From NCBI GenBank assembly GCA_030037395.1, contig JASHRJ010000036.1, positions 25,690 through 89,689 of the forward strand: a DNA stretch of 64,000 nt, in the 5' to 3' direction. Below the pieces are notes generated by a model. That model was not told the origin of the DNA and made no database searches. It worked only from the letters and a program-made list of their open reading frames with translations. Every line of letters begins with the position of its first letter. The stretch's first letter is position 1. Position numbers and translations under genes: made by a program. Shown piece by piece: positions 57,675-64,000 of the stretch. This stretch comes from Thermoplasmata archaeon. GTDB lineage: Archaea; Thermoplasmatota; Thermoplasmata; Lutacidiplasmatales; UBA184.

Positions 57675-59189
57675 TTAGCCTTTTCCGGACGGCGGCCGAC
57701 CGGCCGTCGGCCCGCGGGCGCCGGCCCCCCGGGCGGGGTGCGGCGTTCGGATCGGCAGCGAGAGCAGGAACCCGGCGCCCGCGCCCGGGACGTTGCGGGC
57801 GGTGATCGAGCCGTGGTGCGATTGGACGATCCCGTGGCAGATCGCCAGACCCAGGCCGGTCCCGACCCCTTCCGGCTTGGTCGTGAAGAACGGCTCGAAG
57901 ACATGCGATAGCGCGTCGAGCGGGATGCCGGGACCGCTGTCTACGATGTCGACCTCCGCCCGCTCCCCGTGCCGGCGCAGCGAGACCCGGATAGTTCCCC
58001 GTCCGGCCATGGCATCGTAGGCGTTGTTGAGGATGTTCGTGAACACCTGGATGAGCTGCCCCCGGTCGGCGGTCACCGGAACGGGATCGTCGGGGTACAC
58101 CTCGACGATCTCGACATCGGCGGACTGCTTCCCCCGCAGGAAGCCGACCGCCTCGCGCAGAGGGCTCGCGAGATCGAGGTCCCCGGCGCGAGGCTCCTCC
58201 CGGCGCGCGAAGTCGAGCAGCCCGCGGACGATGCGCGCCGCGACCTCGATCTGGTCGCTCAGGGTGTCGGCCCGGGCGATCACCCACGGGTCGCGGCTCC
58301 GCCGCCGAAGGCTCTCGGCGACGAGCATGAGGTTCGCGAGCGGCGTGTTGATCTCGTGCGCCACGCCCGCGGCGAGCTGGCCCACCGAGGCGAGCTTGTC
58401 CGAGTGGGCCGCGCGCAGCTCCCAGGCGCGTTGCTCGGACAGATCGACGGCGACGCCCAGGTAGTGCGTGACCTCCCCTTCGAGGGTCCGGATCGCGGTG
58501 ATGCTCAGGAGGACCGGCCGCTCCCGCCCGCTGCGGTCGCGGTTCAGGATCTCCCCGGACCAGAAGCCCCGCAGGGGGTCCTTCAGGTCGGCCCACATCT
58601 TCTGGTACAGTTCGGGGGGGGTGTGCCGGCTCCGGACCAGGTTCGGCTTCCGGCCGACGCATTCCGCGCGAGAGTAGCCGTAGACCCGCTCGTAGGCGGG
58701 ATTCACGTCGAGCATCGTGCCGTCGGCGTCGGTCAGCTGCATCGGGTTGGTCGAGGTACGGAACGCCTCGTGGAAGAGGCGGGCCCGGCGCTCCTCGACC
58801 ACCCGGTCGGTCACCTCCTCCACGACGAGCATGGCTCCGCCCGGCGGGCCGGTCCGCTTTCCGACCGCCCGAACCTTCAGGTCGAGGTAGACGCCTCCGA
58901 CCTCCCGGCGATAGAAGGCCCGTACGGCGCGGAAGTCGGCCGGCGCACCGCTCCGCAGGGCCTCGTCCACCGCGGCCCGGACCGCCGGCGACCAGGTCCC
59001 CTCAACCTCGGTGATCGCATGGAAGTCCGCGCCGACGAGCCCTTCTCCACGTCCGGTGATCCGTCGGTAAGCGGCGTTCGCCCAGGCGATGGTCCCCGGA
59101 CGGACGACCAACGCGACCCCTACGGGGAGCTCCTCGAGCAATCGCGCCGGCTCGGCGGGATCCAGCTCCACGGGGCTGCGTCGGGGCAT
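57675..59189 (-). CDS. Cytoplasmic PAS-PAS sensor histidine kinase
   Basis: Two PAS domains; AHEINTPL, NILNNAYDA, DSGPGI, FEPFFTTK, GTGLGL; no TM. Confidence 0.93.
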   Translation of the reverse strand: MPRRSPVELDPAEPARLLEELPVGVALVVRPGTIAWANAAYRRITGRGEGLVGADFHAITEVEGTWSPAVRAAVDEALRSGAPADFRAVRAFYRREVGGVYLDLKVRAVGKRTGPPGGAMLVVEEVTDRVVEERRARLFHEAFRTSTNPMQLTDADGTMLDVNPAYERVYGYSRAECVGRKPNLVRSRHTPPELYQKMWADLKDPLRGFWSGEILNRDRSGRERPVLLSITAIRTLEGEVTHYLGVAVDLSEQRAWELRAAHSDKLASVGQLAAGVAHEINTPLANLMLVAESLRRRSRDPWVIARADTLSDQIEVAARIVRGLLDFARREEPRAGDLDLASPLREAVGFLRGKQSADVEIVEVYPDDPVPVTADRGQLIQVFTNILNNAYDAMAGRGTIRVSLRRHGERAEVDIVDSGPGIPLDALSHVFEPFFTTKPEGVGTGLGLAICHGIVQSHHGSITARNVPGAGAGFLLSLPIRTPHPARGAGARGPTAGRPPSGKG

Positions 59190-59308
59190 GGGCGACGGAG
59201 GAGACCGCGCGGGATTATCTCCCGTTCGTGGCGGGCCGGGAACGCGGACGGGGCGTCAACGGCACCTGACGGGGGGGCTATCGGCCCTGCCCCGCGTCGG
59301 GCCGCCGC

Positions 59309-59758
59309 ATGCCCGTCGGGACCTCCGTGCTCGTGGTGGCGGAGACGGCGAGCCTCGGACAAGCGATCGCCGATCTCCTCGCCTCGGTCGACGTGCCGAA
59401 CGAGGTCGTGCACGACGTGGAGGGCGCAGGGGTCCCGGGCTCGATCGGCGACCGGTTCCCGGTGATCGTGGTGGCCAGCCGCGGCTACCTCTGTCCGACG
59501 GGGAGGCGCTGGAGGCGGGGAGACCTCCCCGGCACCTCGCTGGTGGTGGTAGGCTCCCGCGACCCCGCGCTGGAGGCGGAACCGGACCTCCGGCTCATTC
59601 CCCTGCCGCTCGAGCCCCCGCAGCTCCTCGACACCATCCAGGAACTCATCTCCGCCGCCGGCAGCTCCCCGGGGTCGCGCCCGACGGCGACCCGGTCGCC
59701 GACCGAGCCGTACGCCGGTCGGCGCGGCTCGTCGCGGGACGCCGCCTTCCGCGCGTAG
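59309..59758 (+). CDS. Hypothetical protein, possible degenerate receiver-like fold
   Basis: VLVVAE..LGQAIADLL, VIVV, LVVV, PLEPPQLLDTIQELI pattern; acidic pocket not conserved. Confidence 0.55.
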   Translation: MPVGTSVLVVAETASLGQAIADLLASVDVPNEVVHDVEGAGVPGSIGDRFPVIVVASRGYLCPTGRRWRRGDLPGTSLVVVGSRDPALEAEPDLRLIPLPLEPPQLLDTIQELISAAGSSPGSRPTATRSPTEPYAGRRGSSRDAAFRA

Positions 59759-59787
59759 GCCGGCGGGGGGCCGTTCCCCCGCGGCTA

Positions 59788-59821
59788 GTGTTACGAATTG
59801 TGAAAACAGCATAACGTTATG
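59788..59821. promoter_or_regulatory. Palindromic candidate operator upstream of the Ni transporter
   Basis: GTTACG-N14-CATAAC and a perfect CATAACGTTATG palindrome at 59810-59821 in an AT-rich patch. Confidence 0.5.
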
Positions 59822-59855
59822 AAGGGAGCGCCGGTCGCCCCCGGGTTCTCCAGCC

Positions 59856-60995
59856 ATGACGATCGGGTCGAGCCCCGTCCGAACCTCTCCCGAGTCGCCC
59901 GGCGTGTTCCATCCCCGGGAGAGGGCCCTGATGGTCGCGATCTACACGGCGATCCTCGGGGCGACGGTGGCGGGCTTTGCGGCCGTCGGGCTCATCGCCC
60001 GGACGTACCCGGTGTTCATCGGACTGGGGGCGCTCTCCTACGTGCTCGGCCTCCGGCACGGGGTCGACGCCGACCACATCTCGGCGATCGACAACACCAC
60101 GCGCAAGCTGCTCCAACAGGAGAAGCGGCCCCTTACGGTCGGGACCTGGTTCTCGCTCGGCCACTCGACGATCGTGGTCGCGCTCATCGTTGCGCTGGTG
60201 TTCGCGGTCGATGCGATCTCCGGCCTGATCCCCGCGATCGCCGCGGTCGGAACGATCGTCGGGACCCTCGTCTCGGGCGCGTTCCTGTACCTGATCGGCG
60301 TGATCAACCTGATCATCGCCCTCGAGGTGTACCGGATCTTCCGCGAGCTGCGCGCCGGCCGTCTCGACGCCCAAGGCCTCGAGGAGAACCTCTCCAAGCG
60401 GGGGTTCATGAACCGGTACTTCGGCGGGCTGTTCCGGCTGGTGAACGAGCCGTGGCAGATCTATCCCATCGGCGTCCTGTTCGGCCTCGGTTTCGATACC
60501 GCGACCGAGGTGGCGATCATCGCCCTGACGCTCAAGTTCGGCACGGGCTCCGGCGCGGTCCCGATCTGGATGGTGCTGGTCCTGCCGTTCCTGTTCACGT
60601 GCGGCATGGTGCTGACCGACACCACCGACGGGATCACGATGCGCTTCGCCTACGGCTGGGCTTTCCTGAAGCCGATCCGTAAGGTCTACTACAACCTCAC
60701 GATCACCGTCATCTCGGTGCTCGTCGCCTTCGCGGTGGGCGGGCTCGAGACGTTGGCCGTCATCGGCACCGAGCTGAACCTGAACGGCGGGATCTGGTCG
60801 TTCCTCAACACCGTGACCGGCGAGACCGCCTGGGAGTACCTCGGGTTCGTGATCATCGGCATCTTCGTCGTTTCGTGGGGCGTCGCGATCGTCATCTACC
60901 GCTACAAGCGGTACGAGGAGCTCGGCTTCGGTCCCGGGCCCCCCGGGGCGGCCGACCCGGGCGGGACCCCGAGCTCGGCCGCGCCCGAGCCGTAA
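59856..60995 (+). CDS. High-affinity Ni/Co permease (NiCoT, HoxN/NixA)
   Basis: GLRHGVDADHISAIDN, FSLGHST, LFGLGFDTATE, GMVLTDTTDG. Confidence 0.96.
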   Translation: MTIGSSPVRTSPESPGVFHPRERALMVAIYTAILGATVAGFAAVGLIARTYPVFIGLGALSYVLGLRHGVDADHISAIDNTTRKLLQQEKRPLTVGTWFSLGHSTIVVALIVALVFAVDAISGLIPAIAAVGTIVGTLVSGAFLYLIGVINLIIALEVYRIFRELRAGRLDAQGLEENLSKRGFMNRYFGGLFRLVNEPWQIYPIGVLFGLGFDTATEVAIIALTLKFGTGSGAVPIWMVLVLPFLFTCGMVLTDTTDGITMRFAYGWAFLKPIRKVYYNLTITVISVLVAFAVGGLETLAVIGTELNLNGGIWSFLNTVTGETAWEYLGFVIIGIFVVSWGVAIVIYRYKRYEELGFGPGPPGAADPGGTPSSAAPEP

Positions 60996-61049
60996 CGTTG
61001 GCGCTTGCGCCCCGCCGCGCGCGGCACGAGCCCGATCGACCGGCGCCGA

Positions 61050-61832
61050 CTACGGCGTGGCCCCCGGCCTCCGCGAGGCGAACCCGGAGCCGAGGAGCCC
61101 TTGGAGGAGCTCCGTGTGCTTCCGCTCGTCCGCTTCCATGCTCTCGATCAGGAGCGCCATCGTGCCGTCCAAGCGCCCGAGCAGGGCCGGGTCGTCGCCG
61201 GTTTCGGCGTCCTGCTCCGCCTTGACGAGCGCCTCGACCTCCCGGCGGGAGATGCCCGAGGCGTGCGCGCGGACGACCCCACGGTCTAGGTAGGTCGCCA
61301 GCGAGGCCACGATCTCGGCATGCCGAAGGCTGTCGGAGGCGATCTGACGGAAGATCGCCCGCGTCAGCTCGTCACGCGCCTTCTGCGCGAGGCGCATGCA
61401 GCGCGTCACCGCGGCCTGCTCCGTCCTCACGCGCCGACGCATCCACTTCGACATCTCGCGGACCGCCGCCGACCGCTCGGGGGCGATCGCGGGCACCGGG
61501 GAGGCGCCGGGCGAGGAGCCCCGGTCGAGGCTGTCCGCGAGAGATCCTGCGCCCTCCAACATGGCCTGCACGCGGCCCCGCGAGTCCCCCGCCGGGTCGG
61601 CCAGGCGTTCGGCAACCGTGCGGGCTACGCGGCGCGCCTCCGGGCGTGAGGCCGTAGCGAGGAACGGCCCGCCGAGCCGTCGGCCCGAGAGGTACTGCGA
61701 GACCGCGGACGGCGCCACCCCCAGGAGCTCGGCGGCTCGGCGGGCCGAGATGCCGAGCTCCTCGACCAGCTCCCGCGCGACCAGCGCCTGGAGCAACTGC
61801 ACCCACGAGGCCGGAGAGTTTCGCAGCGGCAT
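61050..61832 (-). CDS. Transcriptional regulator: N-terminal HTH fused to a ferritin-like four-helix domain
   Basis: LVARELVEELGIS..AAELLGVAPSAVSQYLSGRR; then E..DSLRH..E..DERKH pattern. Confidence 0.8.
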   Translation of the reverse strand: MPLRNSPASWVQLLQALVARELVEELGISARRAAELLGVAPSAVSQYLSGRRLGGPFLATASRPEARRVARTVAERLADPAGDSRGRVQAMLEGAGSLADSLDRGSSPGASPVPAIAPERSAAVREMSKWMRRRVRTEQAAVTRCMRLAQKARDELTRAIFRQIASDSLRHAEIVASLATYLDRGVVRAHASGISRREVEALVKAEQDAETGDDPALLGRLDGTMALLIESMEADERKHTELLQGLLGSGFASRRPGATP

Positions 61833-61867
61833 GTGTTCTCTATGGGAACCCGCGGTGAGATAAAGCC

Positions 61868-61934
61868 TTCACGATGTGAACTATGCTGTAGCGCCGTCAC
61901 GAACACAAGCGCCATATACTCACCTCAAGGTGAG
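61868..61934. promoter_or_regulatory. Two palindromes in the divergent promoter region
   Basis: TTCAC-GAT-GTGAA (61868-61880) and CTCACCT-CA-AGGTGAG (61919-61934). Confidence 0.5.
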
Positions 61935-62022
61935 GGAACTCGGACCGCGCGAACATGACCGTTGTGCGAGGACCCCGGGAAATTCTGCCCCGATCGGAGC
62001 GCGACGCGAGGGGGAGGCTCCG

Positions 62023-62832
62023 GTGAGCGACTTCTGGATCTTCATGGCGTTGACCGCCGCGATGGGGTTGTCGATCTTCCTCTCGCTTCCGATTGTCTAC
62101 AGCAAGCGCGCCCAGGGGCGATGGGCGGTCGCGCTGAACGCGGTCGCGATCGGCATCCTGGTCTTCCTCCTGGCGGACATCTTCTCGGACGTCGCGCCGA
62201 TCCTCTACCCGAGCGGCTACGTCGCCGTGGCCAGCTACTCGGTTGCCTTCGGCTGTGCCTTCGTGGTGGCCTTCCTGGGCCTGTACGCCGTCGACAACCT
62301 GCCTCGGAGCGGCCCGCGCGCCCTCGCCGGGGGCGACCCGGCGCTCCCCGCTCCCCCGGTCCCGGACTCCGGCCCGCGCACCACGGCGCTGATCATCGCG
62401 CTCGGGATCGGCCTGCAGAACCTCACCGAGGGCCTGGTCTTTGGTGTCAATTGGACCGCCGGGGCGCTGGGGATCCTCGCGGTCGTCTTCTTCGGCTTCT
62501 TCCTCCAGAACGTCACCGAGGGGTTCCCGATCGCCTCGCCGTTCCTCGGAACCCGGGCCAAGCGAAGCGTCACCCTGATGGTCGGCCTGTTCCTCGTCGG
62601 TGGGCTCCCGACCCTCATCGGGGGCGCGATCGGCTACTACTGGAGCAACGCGATGTTCATCACGATCTTCGACGCGCTGGCCATCGGCGCGATCGCCTAC
62701 GTCATCCTGCCGATGCTCCGGGTCGCGTTCCGGCCGCTCGAGTCGCGCGAGGCATCGCTCGCCCGGAACCAGCTCGTCTACCTGGGCGTGATGGTCGGCT
62801 TCGCGCTCGGGTTCGCGGTCAACGCAGTCTAA
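62023..62832 (+). CDS. ZIP-family divalent metal transporter
   Basis: AIGILVFL, ALGIGLQNLTEG, FFLQNVTEGF; GTG at 62023 after a GGAGG RBS. Confidence 0.88.
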   Translation: MSDFWIFMALTAAMGLSIFLSLPIVYSKRAQGRWAVALNAVAIGILVFLLADIFSDVAPILYPSGYVAVASYSVAFGCAFVVAFLGLYAVDNLPRSGPRALAGGDPALPAPPVPDSGPRTTALIIALGIGLQNLTEGLVFGVNWTAGALGILAVVFFGFFLQNVTEGFPIASPFLGTRAKRSVTLMVGLFLVGGLPTLIGGAIGYYWSNAMFITIFDALAIGAIAYVILPMLRVAFRPLESREASLARNQLVYLGVMVGFALGFAVNAV

Positions 62833-63003
62833 CGTGCCGAGGGCGGGCCGCCCTGGCGGCCCCGCCGTCCGGCCGCGGCTCCGCTGGAGGGTTTATCTGG
62901 CAGGAGGCCCGACGCCCACCCTCGTGAGCTGTCGGCACCGGCTCGGCTCCGGGCGTTCTCGCGCCGCCGGCCCGCGGGATACGGCCGTAGCCCGGGCGGG
63001 CCG

Positions 63004-64000
63004 ATGACGGTCCCGCTCTGCTCCGGTTGCGACTCCGGCGACATCGCCTGGGTGATCGCCGCCACCGCGCTCGTGATGATCATGACCCCCGCGCTCGGCT
63101 TCTTCTACGGGGGGCTGGTGCGGCAGAAGAACCTGGTCGCCACGATCGTCCAGTGCCTGATGATCTTCTCGGTCGTCAGCCTGATCTGGGCGCTCTGGGG
63201 CTACTCGCTGACGTTCGGCCCGGCGGTCCACGGACTGATCGGAGGGCTCGCGAACGTCGGTCTCCTGAACGTCGGGGCCGCCCCCAACCCCGCGTATTCG
63301 AGCGCGATCCCGGCGCTGCTCTACTTCGCCTTTCAGCTCAAGTTCGCCGCGATCACGCCGGCGCTCATCATCGGCGCGTTCGCCGGCCGTGTGCGGCTCA
63401 AGGGCCTCCTGATCTTCATCGTCCTCTGGACCAGCCTCATCTACGTGCCGATCGCCATGTGGATCTGGAACCCCGGCGGCTGGCTCCACCAGCTCGGGGT
63501 CGTCGACTTCGCCGGCGGCCTGGTCGTTCACACCTCCGCCGGGGTCTCGGCGATCGCCGCGGCGCTCGTCATCGGGCGCGGCCAGGAGTTCGGCCGGGAG
63601 AGCCGGCCGAACAACGTGCCGTACGTGATCCTCGGCACGGCGATCCTCTGGTTCGGTTGGTTCGGCTTCAACGCCGGCAGCGCGCTCGCCGCCAACCAGG
63701 TCGCCGTGGTCGCGCTGGTGAACACCAACCTCGCCGCCGCCGCGGCCGGCGTCACCTGGATGCTCGTCGACTGGATCGGAAAGGGCCGGCCGTCGGCGGT
63801 CGGGATGGCGGTGGGGGCGGTCTGTGGCCTTGCGGCGGTGACCCCGGCCTCCGGGTTCGTCAGCCCGAGCGCCGCGATCGTGATCGGCCTGGTCGCCGGG
63901 GTCTTCTGCAACCGGGTCGCCAACTGGAGAGCCCGGACGAGGCTCGACGACTCCCTGGACGTGTTCGCCTGCCACGGGGCGGGCGGGATGTGGGGGACGC
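63004..64000 (+). CDS. amtB: Ammonium transporter (3' end runs off window)
   Basis: DIAWV..ALVMIMTPALGFFYGGLV, FQLKFAAITPAL, DFAGGLVVH, LWFGWFGFNAGS, DDSLDVFACHG. Confidence 0.96.
   Translation, partial: MTVPLCSGCDSGDIAWVIAATALVMIMTPALGFFYGGLVRQKNLVATIVQCLMIFSVVSLIWALWGYSLTFGPAVHGLIGGLANVGLLNVGAAPNPAYSSAIPALLYFAFQLKFAAITPALIIGAFAGRVRLKGLLIFIVLWTSLIYVPIAMWIWNPGGWLHQLGVVDFAGGLVVHTSAGVSAIAAALVIGRGQEFGRESRPNNVPYVILGTAILWFGWFGFNAGSALAANQVAVVALVNTNLAAAAAGVTWMLVDWIGKGRPSAVGMAVGAVCGLAAVTPASGFVSPSAAIVIGLVAGVFCNRVANWRARTRLDDSLDVFACHGAGGMWGT

Noticed and set aside
1..64000. CRISPR arrays, rRNA, IS elements, defence systems
   Set aside because: No regularly spaced repeats, rRNA signatures, transposases or recognisable defence genes were seen.

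Overview
High-GC archaeal chromosome segment, densely coding, with no CRISPR array, rRNA or intact mobile element visible. TBP, Orc1/Cdc6, archaeal CCA-adding enzyme, Rpp21, Tsr3 and archaeal GluRS mark it as archaeal; the gene repertoire suggests Thermoplasmata (inference). 1-20 kb is mostly housekeeping: thiolase, THUMP-less ThiI, MarR/MFS, a tbp-tatD-tmk-cdc6-lipA run, cca, a radical SAM enzyme, a truncated RFC-like ATPase and AsnRS-like asparagine synthetase. About 21-27 kb is an accessory patch beside tRNA-Leu(CAA). 27-39 kb holds rpp21, gltX, transporters, FBP aldolase, tsr3, an ABC system and tRNA-Ala. 39-64 kb is a stress/anaerobic-energy block: ClC, USP, 2-oxoacid:ferredoxin oxidoreductase, a group 3b [NiFe]-hydrogenase operon, a PAS two-component system, a NiCoT Ni transporter, an HTH-ferritin regulator facing a ZIP transporter, and Amt. 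The highlights are: (1) a hidden tandem tRNA-Gln(CTG)/tRNA-Leu(TAG) pair carrying three non-canonical BHB introns (59/60; 21/22 plus 59/60); (2) an atypical hydrogenase accessory module (Zn-less HypA, His-less HypC, DMT transporters, and a DUF6390-like protein whose tail resembles HypC); (3) a REC-DUF835-like-wHTH regulator paired with a kinase carrying a NifL-like PAS domain; (4) an HTH-ferritin-like fusion regulator divergent from a ZIP transporter with palindromic candidate operators. All family assignments are by motif recognition; no database searches were run.
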